Shown here in pieces: positions 26,520-40,474 of a stretch of 64,000 nucleotides of DNA (its first letter is position 1; every line of letters starts with the position of its first letter). The position numbers were made by a program, and so were the translations under genes. Location: the NCBI RefSeq assembly GCF_006345805.1, contig NC_042998.1, forward strand, positions 56,296,001-56,360,000, written 5' to 3'. This DNA is from Octopus sinensis. Lineage: Eukaryota. Under the pieces are notes generated by a model. The model was not told where the DNA came from, made no database searches, and was given only the letters and a program-made list of their open reading frames with translations.

Positions 26520-29500
26520 ACTAAATCGATTCCTCGGGGGGACTTCCGACGTCGATTCTGCCATGAATGAAATTATTTGGTTCAGTTTCAATTGCTTTAA
26601 GGTTAGAAGTAAAGAGTATAGTACGGGCGGGAAGGATAAGTTCTGGTGACGAAGGTTTGAAGTGGAAGATGGGTGGGAGGAGGTTAATACTGAGTTTCTT
26701 ATATATATATATAATAGAAATATGTTTCAAAAAGAAAATAGAAACTACACGTGGAAATGTAAGGGGAAAGTAAGAAGAAAAATAAGCGGAATGCACATTG
26801 GAAATCAAAAAAAAGTAAAGGCTTCTTATGATAAGTAACAATAGATATATACAATTAGATGAACTGAGGTAGGAATAAAAGTAATAAAAGTCATTATTGT
26901 GAATTGTTAAAGAGAGTTAAAAGCACACCGGTTTCGTAAATTGATTTGAATGCACACCGATTAATGAGCGGTGTCAGGTCTATTAGTCCCTGGGGGAAAA
27001 GATTATGTTTAAGGGAGGTTAGTAGTTCTGGATTTGGTACAATTAGGGTAGATATAGATCTGTAATATGAATGGTGTATGGGACGTATGGGGGTTAGTGG
27101 TATTAATTGAAAGGTTAGTAGTGTTCTGTATTATGTTGTGTGTTCATATTGAGTTGGGGAAGATATTTATTGATGAAAGTTGCCTCTTTATTCATTCTTT
27201 GTTGCACTGAGGTGTTCTGTGAACATTGATAGACGGGGAAAATTAGGAAATTAGGATTAAGATTCCTAGCACACATTTCTATGTGTTCACTAACCTGTAA
27301 CTGTCTGTATTGTGGGTGGCGGATTTGTTCTTTGTGGAGAGTTGTTCTTGGACGGAATGATATTCCTGTTTGGCCAATATAATTGTTACCACATCCTAAG
27401 CATGTAATGGCATAGATTAGATTTTCCGAGGCACAGGTGAAATTTGATCTTAAATATTTCACCTTATTTAAAGTTGAATTCTGAACCCTCCAAAAGGTGG
27501 GGGCATGTACTACAGTTAGGTCGATCATATTTTTTTTACTTTTAATTCTGTTGTTAATGGATATTATCTTGCGCTGGTTAATATTTTTTCAGTGATTTAG
27601 GTTGAGACATTTTGCTTTTGATAATTTTTATGAACTTAAAATTTTGTTCATTGTTTTATCTCCTGTAGGGATGGGAAGATTTTGGGTGATAATGTTGAAG
27701 GCTTCGTTGTTTCTAGGGTTATGTGTGGAGATGTAGGGGAGTATTTTAAAGTCTGGTTTAGCATTTCGGTTGGCTTCCCTTAATGTTCGTATATCTATTT
27801 CCTTAGCTCGTTTAATGCCATCATTTATTAATGATATTGGGTAATGTCTTTTGATTAGTATTGGTCTGAGTTCAAGGAGTCTTCGTTAACGAGTATAGGT
27901 GTCCAAAACTATGGTACAGATTCTTTTTGCTAGATTATAAGGTATATTAATTTTTATGTTTGGGATGGCATGAGTTAAATAATAGGCATTGTTTAGAACC
28001 TGTGGGTTTATAAAAAATGTGTTTCGATGTGGCTATCTTAATTAGGATGCCAAGAAAAGGGAGTTGTTTACTGCTGTGTTCCATGGTGAATTGTATTTTG
28101 CTATTAATATTGTTAAGAATTATTTTGAAATCGAGGAGTTTGTCCATGCTGTCTTTCCAAAGTATAAAGCAATCATCCAAATACCTCTTCCAGTTCTCCT
28201 TTAAATAGCAATGAAATGAAGTGCCATATTTTTGTAGTGATGATTGATATAACTTAAGCTCTAGGTAACTCATCATAAGGTTCGCAATCACTGGAGCAGC
28301 TCGGGTTCCCATTGCAATTCCACATTTTTGTCGACAGGGAACTGTATCGAACATGAAATAGTTGTTTAGTAGGATGAATTTGAGTGCTGCGATAATGAAT
28401 CTGTGGTTAATTCATCCTGGGATTTCTTCTGGGTGTTTTTCTAGCCAGAAGGTGACCGCTTCTACACCATAGTCGTGTGGGATATTGGTGTACTAATTCA
28501 CCACATCGAATGATACTAACATGGTTCCTTCATTTACTATCTTCGGGAGGTGGTTCAGTATGTCTAAGTCATCCCTGATGAAGTTTTTTTCACATATTTT
28601 AGAAACGGTTTAAGTAAGATGTCGAGGAAGTTGCTCAAACGGTGGGTTCCACAAGGGCCAGCAATGATGGGTTTCAGTTTGAGGTCAGTAGGGGGAGGAA
28701 ATTTATGCAAAGGCTTGGAGAAACTTTGCAGGCTTTACAAATATGTGTATTTTTGTGCATTTTAGGTGATCCGTAGAATAGACTTGGTCTGTATTTAAAA
28801 CTGGATAAATAGTCTATTCCATGTATTTGAAGTAAGGAGAATAAGTTTTTAAGTGTCTTCTGTGGGTTGTATAGTATCATTTTCTCATATTCAGCATTAT
28901 TTTCCAACATGGAGAGTATTAAATTTTTGTAGTACTCTGTGTCCATCACCACTACTGCACTTCCTTTGTCGGTTTCTTTAATGGTAAGGTTTATATCATT
29001 TTTTAAATCGATTAGGTCCTTCCATTCACTTATATCAAGGTTGGATTTAATTTGTTGTTTTTGTAGGGTATTAAAAAGAAAACTGGTAATGTGTTCGCAA
29101 AGAGCATCAAGTGCTTTATTTCTGCCTTTTTTAGGACAGTATTCATTTTTTTCTTTTACTATTGAGTTATCTTCGCTGGTGTAGTTGTGAAGTGCTTCTG
29201 TGAGGCGTAATTTTCGGCGGAAATCCATAGTGTTATCCTTAATTTCATTCGGGTTCGATCTGTGGGGGGGTTGGAGTAAACTTTAAACCTCTTGCTAGAA
29301 TTTTAGTTCGTGTAATACTTAGGATTTTCTTTGATAAGTTGATTATTTTCGATTGTTCTTGTATATATATATATATTAATAAATTAGGAGAGCAGAGATT
29401 TATATATCTAGGTTCTATTATACAGTTAATCACATCTTTTCATGGTAGTGCCTACATATGGTTTCGTTGCAAGTCAGTGCACACTGCAAACAACCCTGGT
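26520..29500 (-). mobile_element. Penelope-like element, Neptune type (decayed)
   Basis: RT + Cys-linker + GIY-YIG coding remnants; degenerate hammerhead-like motifs at 29448-29484 and 26923-26957; boundaries approximate. Confidence 0.88.
27115..29400 (-). pseudogene. PLE reverse transcriptase + GIY-YIG endonuclease
   Basis: IINLS..LARGLKFTPTP, DFRRKLRL, DKGSAVVVMD, YGSPKMHK, GIAMGTRAAP, WKRYLDDCF, FTMEHS..LPFL, RPNCSTCPHL linker, TCASENLIYAITCLGCGNNYIGQTG; multiple frameshifts and stops. Confidence 0.9.
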
Positions 29501-29510
29501 GTATATATAT

Positions 29511-29554
<44 letters not shown>

Positions 29555-30060
29555 CGCGCGCGCAGGTGTATCGTTGTATTTGTGCTTGTCTCCCACCTTC
29601 GTTTGACGGCCGGTGTTGGTTAGTTCACGTCACCGTAACTTAGCGGTTCGCTAAAAGAGACTGCTAGAATACGTTACAGATTTAAAACAAATAACAAATA
29701 ATATGCATTGGGACGATTTGCTCAATTAAAGCCCTTCAAGGTGGTGCCCCAAAAGGACTGCTGTCCACTGATTGAAAAAGTTAAAGATCTCAGTTACTTC
29801 TCCATTTTGACAAAAAAAAACCCCAAAAAACAACATAAAATCACTAGATACTGCGATAATTAAATCTAACCTTTAAATGATAATAAAAAATTTCCTACAT
29901 TGAGTAAAAAGATAAATGCAAGAAATCAATAGAGTTTTCCCAGTTGGCAGTGAATCAGATTCACGCATTAATATAGCTGGTGTGACATTTTATGGGAAAC
30001 TATAAAATATAAACTGGTAGTTTATCAACAAGAACGATGTGTGTGTGTGTGTGTAATATG

Positions 30061-30095
<35 letters not shown>

Positions 30096-30426
30096 CGAAA
30101 TGGTAGCGTTTAATGGGAAATGCCAACGCAGGTGATAGCCTACATTCATTTACTAAACTTTCTCATTAGGTGTTACTCCATTGTCCAAGTTGTTTTGCAA
30201 AATGCATCTCTTAAGAAACTGGGACATTATTTTCCATCACCAGTTGTCATAGTTTACACAGGAATTTACATCTGTGGTTTCAGGTGACACTTTTATTATT
30301 TTGCATGATAAATTATTTTCACTATAATGTGTGACATGATTGGTTGAGATGATGGTCTCTTCGTCTTGTGGTTTAATGTTTTAGCCTAGCGACGTCCAAC
30401 GGCCAATCAACCTGATGAAGCAAATG

Positions 30427-30704
<278 letters not shown>

Positions 30705-30952
30705 AATGAGGATAAAATTTCTTTCGAAAAAAATATTCTTTCCGAAAAAAATTTTATCAATGGCCAGCATATTAAAAAATACCTTTAAAGGTTAAATTTA
30801 TAAACAATTCATAAATGAGGGCAAAGGAAAAACTTTCAAATGCCAAATATGCCGAAAAATTGGACATATTGTCCATTAACCATATAATTTCTTCACAAAG
30901 CGCACGCTACTCGAAAATAGGCCGACAGAAATTTCTTAAAAATTCCATTATT

Positions 30953-31010
30953 ACCATATCGGACCGATTTCAGAGTTAGCTACTAAGAGCCCTCTCTTCG
31001 TCAGTGATAC
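30953..31010 (-). ncRNA. minimal type I hammerhead ribozyme candidate
   Basis: Minus strand: GTATCA CTGACGA AGAG..TTAG TAG CTAA CTCT GAAA TCGG TC CGATAT. First stem I pair is an A.C mismatch. Confidence 0.65.
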
Positions 31011-31522
31011 ATGTGGCAGAAGAAATAAATGAGATACTTACTCGTACCCATGGAAGAAGCAAACACTAAGTCATGAGCACAATTAAGTACCCCAAATACA
31101 TCCAAAATAGAAATACTCCAGCCCATTCAAGACACGTGCGATTTGAACTAAGGCTCTCATAGAGTAAGATAGTCCGGAAGTGAACACTTAAATTTATATC
31201 TAATGAGGATAAAATTTCTTTCGAAAAAAATATTCTTTTCGAAAAAAAATGTTATCAATGACCAGCAAATTAAAAAATACTTTTAAAGGTTAAATTTATA
31301 AACAATTCATAAATGAGGGCAAAGGAAAAAATTTCAAATGCCAAATATGCCGAAAAATTGGACATATTGTCCATTAACCATATAATTTCTTCACAAAGCG
31401 CACGCTACTCGAAAAAAGGCCGACAGAAATTTCTAAAAAATTCCATTATTACCATATCATGACTTAGTGTTTGCTTCTTCCATGGGTACGAGTAAGTATC
31501 TCATTTATTTCTTCTGCCACAT

Positions 31523-31579
31523 ATATCACTGACGAAGAGAGGGCTCTTAGTAGCTAACTCTGAAATCGGTCCAATATGG
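31523..31579 (+). ncRNA. minimal type I hammerhead candidate (inverted copy)
   Basis: CTGACGA 31529-31535, GAAA 31562-31565, GUC ending 31571; stem I weakened by two mismatches. Confidence 0.55.
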
Positions 31580-31723
31580 TAATAAGGGAATTTTTTAGAA
31601 ATTTCTGTCGGCCTTTTTTCGAGTAGCGTGCGCTTTGTGAAGAAATTACATGGTTAATGGACAATATGTCCAATTTTTCGGCATATTTGGCATTTGAAAT
31701 TTTTTCCTTTGCCCTCATTTATG

Positions 31724-31829
<106 letters not shown>

Positions 31830-32051
31830 TTTATATAAATGAGGATAAGATCGTTAATTTCATTATCGGGTTTATCAAGTGGCCACCATGGGAATAAAAA
31901 CCTCCAAAAGTAATAATTAGTATTAAAATTATAATTTAGGGTATCTAAAAGATACGTCCTGGTGGTGTATGACCATTTAATGTAGGTTTAGAGTCAAGTT
32001 TTGGCTGCTATTTCCAGCGTGGAGGAATCTCTTAGATACCCTAAATTATAA

Positions 32052-32098
<47 letters not shown>

Positions 32099-32196
32099 TT
32101 ATCTATCCATCTATCTATCTATTTCTCTCTCTCTTCCTCTCCCCTCTCTCTCTCTTTCTCTCTCTTTCTCTCTCTCTCTCTTTCTCTCTCTCTCTT

Positions 32197-32229
<33 letters not shown>

Positions 32230-32230
32230 A

Positions 32231-32261
<31 letters not shown>

Positions 32262-32559
32262 CATACATACACACACATATAATATATATGTGTGTACACT
32301 CACAAATACATGCGTATTTGATACCATACAACATAAATTTTTGATTCGTTAAAATTATCTCAGCCACTAGATAATGCGTCATAATTCGCAAATGGCAATT
32401 AGGAACAAATCTTTTTCAAGAGGGGAGGTAATCACAAGAGTAAAAAATTTGCAAAATTGATATGACATTAAGAAAAAATACGTACTTATTGTCTGGAGAT
32501 CAGAGGACAGACGTATGTGTGTGTAGGCGTATATGTCACTACGTCTGTCAGTCTCAATT

Positions 32560-32960
32560 TTAAATGTAGCTTGGAAAAATATATGACCAAACTCATTCTG
32601 TAACTTTACAAGTTTTCTACCAGCAGAAACTTTACATCAAATTTTGGAAAGACATTATAACACTTGCAAATGATGAAGGGTTTAAAGAAGTCGTAGAGGA
32701 TTATGAAGTTGAATTGTTAATGACCCACAGAGAACGTTTATTCAAGGAGGAATTGATGCTGTTAGAACAAGAGCAAGCTGAGAATAGAGACGAGAATCCG
32801 ACCAATTCCGCTTAAATTGATAGCATAGAATAATGGGTTGGCACTTAGAGTTGACAGTAATCGTGAGAGTAATATGAAAATTATTAGAGGAGTTTACAAT
32901 CTATCCGTACCTACACTGAACTACACAAAGAGATAATGCACCACGAACACTATACAATTT
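32560..32960 (+). mobile_element. pogo/Tigger transposase C-terminal remnant
   Basis: AWKNI*P (WKKLWP-like) then LANDEGFKEVVEDYEVELLMTHRERLFKEELMLLEQE, an acidic Tigger-type tail. Confidence 0.6.
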
Positions 32961-33010
32961 TGGAACTCTTCGCCCCTCAATGAGATATTAATAATAGTCT
33001 CAATTTTTTC

Positions 33011-33194
33011 GACACAAGGTCAGCAAGTTCAGGTCCAAGTTGATTACATTGACCTAAGTGTTCAGTTGGTACTTATTTCATCGACCTCTGAATCATTAAA
33101 GGCAAAGTCGGCCTCGACGGATTTTGAACTCAGAACGTAAAGAAGGACGAAATATCGCAAAGCATTTTGCTCGGCACGGTAACGATTCTGCCAG
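33011..33194 (-). mobile_element. SINE (major family)
   Basis: Reverse complement has CTGGCAGAATCGTTA, GAGTTCAAAATCC, GCCTTT motifs. Confidence 0.75.
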
Positions 33195-34414
33195 ATGTTA
33201 ATAATAATGAGCTATAACGAAGAAGACAGTGTCTCTCATCCTACCAGTAATTTTTATTCCATCGCCACCACTCTCACGCTAGTGAATATTTTTGTGGTAA
33301 GAACCTACCATATTTCTATATAATGATTCTTATTTATTGTCCAACATATCTTCTTTGAATTGTTTTCATGTATAAATATTGTACTGTGCATGCTTGGAAT
33401 TGTTCTTTTCGTGCATACGAGTGGTCGTGTTGCTTGTTGTTGGTGTTGTTTTTAGAAAAAAATCAGTTCGGAACGCATCTCACTTTATAACAAGAAAATG
33501 AACTGGAAAATTAATTTAGCGTTACGAGGTGTATTTTTTAAATGCGAACATGGAGGAAAAAATCTCGTTTTGGAAACTTAAAGACAAGGGCGTCAAATAC
33601 AGCAACAAATGGGAAATACTTTCCTAGACCAAACGCTAAATTAACGGTTCAAAAAGATGTTTGATATATTCCCTTGAAAAAGCGTATCTTTAAAAAACTT
33701 AAGAACCTCCTCTGACTGTATAAATTCCAGGAGCGAGATTTTTTCCAGTAGTCAACTTGAACAAAAGACGGATAAGTTCATTGTGAATCAAGGGCCATCT
33801 ACGGGAGTGGTGTCTCGTAAAATTATCCTGCACATGAGCTGGCAGACTGTGTAGCCGGTTTAAGACCGTAGCCACAAAAAACACTGATGAAAGACATACT
33901 ATGCTTGGAGCCGACTTCCACGAGTGTTCAGGCGTTGAGAGAGGACGACAATATATAAACTACTCAATCTACTCTTATTTAATACAAGTGAGTGCTATTT
34001 TTAACCAGTTGAGCGACAGTGTAAAGGGGCCCTTGATGTCTTCGAATAAACTTTGTTATGTGGAGTGGTAAACAAAAAGTAACTCAATATTTCACAGAAG
34101 CAGTAATCAGTCTTGAAGAGAGAGATGAATCGGAAAAAAAAAAATAGAACATTAGCCAAATGAATTCATAATCTACAGGTATCACCATCAGCATCAGAAC
34201 CACAACTACAACCACCAACATTCCCCACCACAACCACCACCACCACAGCTACCACCATCACCATCGCTACCACCACCGCCACCACCACTTCTATCGCCGT
34301 CGCCGTCGTCATGGTTGTCTATAAGAACAATAAGCTTGACTTCGAAATCGTTAAAACCGGCCACAGATCTTAAGACGAGACATGGTGTCGTGTAGGAATG
34401 GTAATATATGTCTG

Positions 34415-34472
<58 letters not shown>

Positions 34473-34816
34473 CGTCTGTCAGTCTGTCTGTCTGTCTATG
34501 TATGTGTATATATATATATATATATACAACTATGTATATATATATATATACAACTACATATATATATATATATATGTATATATATGTATATATATGTATA
34601 TATATATATATAATTACACATCTACATATATATATATATATGTATATATATATGTAATATATATATATATGTATATATATTATATATATATATATAATAT
34701 ATATATATACATACATACATACATACATACATACATACATACATAGACAGATTGATAGATAGATAGATAGATAGAAAACAGTACCTACTTGATCTATATA
34801 TATATTATATATATAT

Positions 34817-34847
<31 letters not shown>

Positions 34848-35005
34848 AATTCAGATGACAATACTTCATTACTGCTTTAACAGCAATGGTACGAGAATCT
34901 ATATGCTATCTGAGTGGGTTCAAGCCAAACTTGCTGCATGACAATGGGAGTAAATTGATGTAGATGAACCACACAGGTAAAGTAGATTAGGAGAAATGCA
35001 AACAA

Positions 35006-35064
<59 letters not shown>

Positions 35065-35285
35065 ATACATATAGGCACATGTGTGTAAAAGCAACAACAA
35101 AAGAAAAAAAATTAAACAAGATGAAAATGGAGTGACAAATATACTAAAGATTAGGAAAGTGATAACAGGTTTGAAAATGTCGACCTTCCATATTCCCTAT
35201 AATGGCAATGTATAATGTCGTATTTAATATACAGGTGAACATAACAAACTAGAAGTTCTCTCTCATTTTCTCTCTCTCCTTCTCT

Positions 35286-35322
<37 letters not shown>

Positions 35323-35469
35323 TTCCTGAACAGACTTAACATCACTTGACTTAAGTCAAAATGTAGCTTTTTATTTTCTAACCTTAATTACGCTATTATA
35401 TTCTAGATTATTTGTTTCATCTCATCATCGCCATCATCGTCATCGTCGTCGTCGTGGTCGTCATCGTCG

Positions 35470-35700
35470 TTATTGTCGATTTAATGTCCACTCTTTCATA
35501 CTTGCATGGGTCTGATGAAGTTTTATCGGGGCATATTTTTCTACAGCCGGATACTCTTCCTGTTGCCAACCAACACCTATTTCCATGCAAGGCAATATTT
35601 TCCTCCTTGGCCAAACATCTTCTCACAGAATGTTGGAAATGAATGACATCGCTTGTAATGACAGTAAGGCGCATTTACGACACGATGTCAAGAGAAGGAG
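35470..35700 (-). mobile_element. SINE/RTE-type 3' tail repeat
   Basis: CCGGATACTCTTCCTGTTGCCAACC resembles a recalled RTE/SINE tail motif; adjacent (CAT/CGT)n tail. Confidence 0.45.
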
Positions 35701-35808
35701 ACATAGACATACATTCACCCGCACATAAACGCACGCGCACATGCACATACACGCACATATATACAGGCACACATACATACACACACATAGGTATATATAC
35801 CTATGTGT

Positions 35809-36035
35809 GCGAGCTGGCAGAAACGTTAGCACGCTGGGCGAAATGCGTAGCCGTATTTCGTCTGCCGTTACGTTCTGCGTTCAAATTCCGCCGAGGTTGA
35901 CTTTGCCTTTCATCCTTTCGGGGTCGATAAATTAAGTACCAGTTACGCACTGGGGTCGATGTAATCGACTTAATCCGTTTGTCTGTCCTTGTTTGTCCCC
36001 TCTGTGTTTAGCCCCTTGTGGGTAGTAAAGAAATA
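35809..36035 (+). mobile_element. SINE (major family), well preserved
   Basis: GAGCTGGCAGAAACGTTAGCACG, GTTCAAATTCCGCCGAGG, GCCTTTCATCCTTTCGGGGTCGATAAATTAAGTACC. Confidence 0.9.
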
Positions 36036-37056
36036 TAAATATACATATGATTTACTTTTCCGTTAACATCGAAAAATGTACTCCATATATACACATACAT
36101 GCATACACACACGCGTGCGCGCGTATATTTCGGCCTTGTTTTAGCTTCCGTCTACCAAATCCACTCTCAATGTTTTGGTCGACCCGGAAAACACTTCCCC
36201 AAGGAGCCACGTAACGGGATTGAATCCGAAGATGTTGGAGAGATGAAATATATTGAACTAACTCATAGTACATGACTGCTATTTGTTTTAGATCTTTTAT
36301 CAACCTGCAATGTATAAAACATCTACAGTTCACTTCAGCGAGATTTGAACCTAGAACGTAATATCATGATATCTCAAAGTATATTGCCGGTAGCTCAATC
36401 GATTGCTACCGTCGTCTTACTCATTAATAAAACCACTAAGAGGAAAACAATAGATGATGAAAACTTGTATACGTCTAAATGTAGTATAATCATCAATGGA
36501 ATGATTTTAAATGGTTCATCTGAGGTAAAACAACAATTACAACAACGGGTGTGTATATAGCTACTACAGCCGTCATATGCAAGCGAGTGTGACTTCATAG
36601 TATCTACCATCCTTTCACTAGTCCTTTAGGTGTCCATGTTAGTTGCAAGCTAAGAAAGACACCTTCTTGACTTTAAACCCGGCTCAAAGGGTATATCCAG
36701 GATGTGACAGCTGGAAGGAGAGATTGCTGCACCAACAATTGGTTGGTACTCGTTTGAGCTAAATAAATAAGAGCAACATGAAATGAAGTAATTAACCTGA
36801 TCCGAGCCAAGAGTTGAGACCTCTATGATCATGATTCCAATACTTTAACCTCTAACTTACGCGCTTTCATGAATGCGACATTGTTCATTAAGTAATGTAA
36901 GAAATTGATTGTGCATACACACAAACATATTTGTACACTTGTGAAAATGAATTATGTTCTATTCAACATTAAGAGAAGTTCGCTGAAATTCTTTAAATAC
37001 ATTTATTAATTTTGTTGTAATTAATATCAATTAATAAGACGACGAGCTAGTAGAAT

Positions 37057-37250
37057 CATTAGCGATTCGAACATTTCTTCAGGCTCCTCTTTTTTTGTTC
37101 TGATTTCAAATTCCGCCGCGGTCGAATTTGCTTTACGTCCTTTCGGAATCGATTCAAAACTGGTAGGTACTAGTTGAACCCTTGGTTCGACGTCATCGAC
37201 TTATTCCCGCATCTAAAACTGCTGGTCTTATGCCAAAATTTGAAACCATT
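37057..37250 (+). mobile_element. SINE (major family), degenerate
   Basis: GAGCTAGTAGAATC head, TTCAAATTCCGCCGCGGTCGA, CCTTTCGG. Confidence 0.65.
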
Positions 37251-37369
37251 AATACAACCAATACAATTTTATTTTCAATTACACAACCAGCTATTAGTGC
37301 TATAGTAAATATTTCTATAAACTGTTAAGGTTAATTTTAAGGCTAAGGTCATTTAAATCTAACTCGAAA

Positions 37370-37400
<31 letters not shown>

Positions 37401-38665
37401 AAAGTAAGGTAAAAAATAAACAATACTCGTCAATAACTAATGTTATTTAAAATATTTCAGCAAGTACAAGAGAAAACTAGATCTCATAACCTCATTCACA
37501 AAACCATAGACTATGCTTTCCTTGCCGAAGTAGGACTATAGGACTTGCTAAATAGTGTACAAGATTGTTTACTGGCTTACGGTGAAAACTAGAACATTTT
37601 TCCTGTCTCCTCTTCAGAATTATTTCTGTTTTATTTTTCCTTCTTTCTTTTTTTAATGCAAGCAGTATTAAACGCTATATCTTAGATCTGTGAAACTATT
37701 GTTTGTTTTATACAAATGGTAACTCTGAATTATTTATTCTTTAAACAATTCATATCAGCAGATGTGTTTACATGGAAAAATCTACAGAATCTTCAAAGTT
37801 TATACTCAAAATAAGTGTTTTTTCTATGTTCTTTTTCGTTTCAAACTTTCCCAATTCCAATGCCATCGATTCAAAAGCTATTCTCAAGAGAGTGTGCGGT
37901 TCTCTTACTACAAGAAAGATCTTTACCGTCAAAACAGTCGGAAAGAGGAAAATTCCTTTTTAATAGTACACTTTACTCTCAAATATGATCTACTTCTGAT
38001 ATCTTGTTAATTACCTCTCTCTCTTTCTCTCTCTCTCTCTCTCCTCTCTCTCTTGTGTTATGGCATATTCATGCCTTTGACGAATCATGGCTTGTTCCTC
38101 CTCCATTTATTTCTGTCTCTCACAACATCACCCGGGTCTTTCTCGCTCTGCACGTTAAGTCTCTTCATCCAGTCGAACATCATTCTCTGCCTTATTAATT
38201 ATATCAGCCGTAATTCAAGAGATCTTCTAAGTTATCACTCTTCGACAGGTGCGACCATGGGCGTGTGGTTAAGAAGTTCGCTTTGCTACAACAGCCTCGG
38301 GTCGACCATGCCTTGTAAATGAATTTGGTAAGACGGAAAGTTTTATTATGTGCGCGTGTGTGTATACATATATGTATGTGTGTGTGTGCGTGCGTATGTG
38401 TGCATGTGCACATGTGTTGTGTTTCTACTCCTCCACTGCTTGACAACAGCTCTTGGTTTGTTTACGTCTCCGTAAACTAACGGTTCAGCAAAAGCGACTA
38501 CTACTAGAATAAGTACCAAACTCAAAAGTAAGTAACGGGGTTTGCTTGTTCGATTAACCCAGCATGGCTGCAGTCCAATTCCCGAATCGAGTAAAAGGTA
38601 AAATATAAAAGTATCAACGTAATACCCCTATTACAAAAGCTAATATGTTTGATTGTCACTATAAA

Positions 38666-39080
38666 GGCAGTGAGTTGGTGCTCGGTGGTATTTCGTCTGT
38701 CTTTCCGTTCTGGTTTCGTCCGTCTGTCCGTTCTGAGTTCAAATGCTGCCGAGGTCGACATTACGTTTCCTCCGTCTTTCCGTTCTGTGTTCAGATGTCT
38801 CCGAAGTCGACTTTACCTCTCGTCCGTCTTTCCGTTCTGGGTTCAAATGCTGCTGAGGTCGACTTTATATTTCATCAGTCTTTCTGTTCTTTGTTCAAAT
38901 GCCACCGAGGTCGACTTAACATCTCGTCTGTCTTTCCGTTATGTGTTCAAATACTGTCGAGGTCGACTTTACTTTTCATCTTTTCGGAGTTGATAAAATA
39001 AGTACCATTTGAGCACTGGGGTCGATGTAATTGACTTAACCCCTCCCCTGAAAATGCTGGCTTTGTTCCAAAATTTGATA
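38666..39080 (+). mobile_element. SINE with five tandem 52-bp B-box-containing units
   Basis: GTCGAC at 38754, 38806, 38858, 38910, 38962, followed by a normal SINE body. Confidence 0.85.
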
Positions 39081-40177
39081 TCATCATTTACATTATAACC
39101 TTCACAACCTTTCCTTACGATTATTATGTTTCTCAACCTTGGAGTCTGAGTCAGTGTGGAAGTCTTTGCAGATCATTTGATTTTTTTAGAAACTGTAGGC
39201 AAATCTCTTTCAAATTATACTCTACCAACTCAGCAAAGATGAAAATGAGTTAATGGGATTGTGTATGCATTGAGCTTACAGAAAAGAAGTGGGGTTCGCG
39301 GCTGGAATCCCTTTGATAATAAGCTTATTCTATCAGATATAATATCTACGTCTCTCTTTATATCGATTTGTCTGTAGGACCTCTATATGACAAGATCTCT
39401 GTTCTCTCACTATTTTAGGAATCGTTCTCATCATTCCTACATCCATGAATTCTTTACCATTACATTTTCATAAAGTTTTAGCATCGGGACCAACAAAAGA
39501 ATAGCTATGGAGGCCAGATAACTGCGTAGATAATTTTTCTAAAAGTCTCAGCTAAATCAATCACAGATCCTACTCTGCCACAAAAAAAGAAATTATGGAC
39601 ACTGTTCATCAGATAGTTCTAAGATATACAGAAAAGTTTGCAGGCTGTCGCTGGGACGCCTTTCGACTGAATCAAGGTTGAACAGCATAAACAGTAGCAA
39701 TGACAGTGAGGAAGATAAAACGGTGACAACTTTTTGTATTCTCTCTCCACAGCTGTGTTGAGCTGTGGATCACTTGTGCGTCGCAAAGCATATTTAAGTC
39801 CACCGAGGATTATTCAAAACGTCTTTAAAAGTTCCATGTTAATCTCTGAGTGTCTTCAAAAACACTCATAATGTTATATGATTGATAAGACAAAGTAAGA
39901 AGCAGTTTTCTTTATTTTTAACTTGCAATGTTTTTTTATATAATTTAAAACAGATTTTCGTTTTCCTTTCTAGGCGAAGCACACCTGGAATTTTTTTTAA
40001 TTGAATCACCGGCGCGTTAGAAAGTCAAAAAAATTGGGAACTTTTACAGAATAAAAGAATAAGGAAAACAGGAAGAAAAAAATGTAACTCCTTTCCATTT
40101 ACTAATCAATTATCTTCATTCTAAGCAGGTGGAGATGATTGCGAATGTCAGCTTACCACAATGACACAAATTAACAT

Positions 40178-40215
<38 letters not shown>

Positions 40216-40291
40216 CATGCATATACATAGATACATATGTATATATATATATATACACACAACTTGTTTAAAATCTCTCAGCGAAAAATAT

Positions 40292-40474
40292 ACAGTAACA
40301 GTACCAAACACTAAAGTTTATTTGCCAACAGAATGTGGGCGACCTTATAAAGGATGGTGTTACTGTTATTTAAGCCCCATGAAAACATCTTTTCTAGCTA
40401 CACACAGTCTGTGTCCGTATAGTAGCATCGTCCTTTATAGGATCGCCACATTCTGTTGGCAAATAAACTTTACC
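40292..40474. mobile_element. MITE-like element with ~42-bp inverted repeats
   Basis: 40312-40354 pairs with 40431-40472; partial homolog at 50197-50338. Confidence 0.6.

Noticed and set aside
28570-28612. CTGATGA...GAAACGG
   Set aside because: Antisense to PLE RT coding sequence; no stem II; coincidental.
33699-33884. 61-aa minus-strand ORF in unique sequence
   Set aside because: No recognisable motif or convincing splice pair.
38700-38975. CRISPR-like array
   Set aside because: Contiguous tandem units with no unique spacers, SINE-derived, eukaryotic context, no cas genes.
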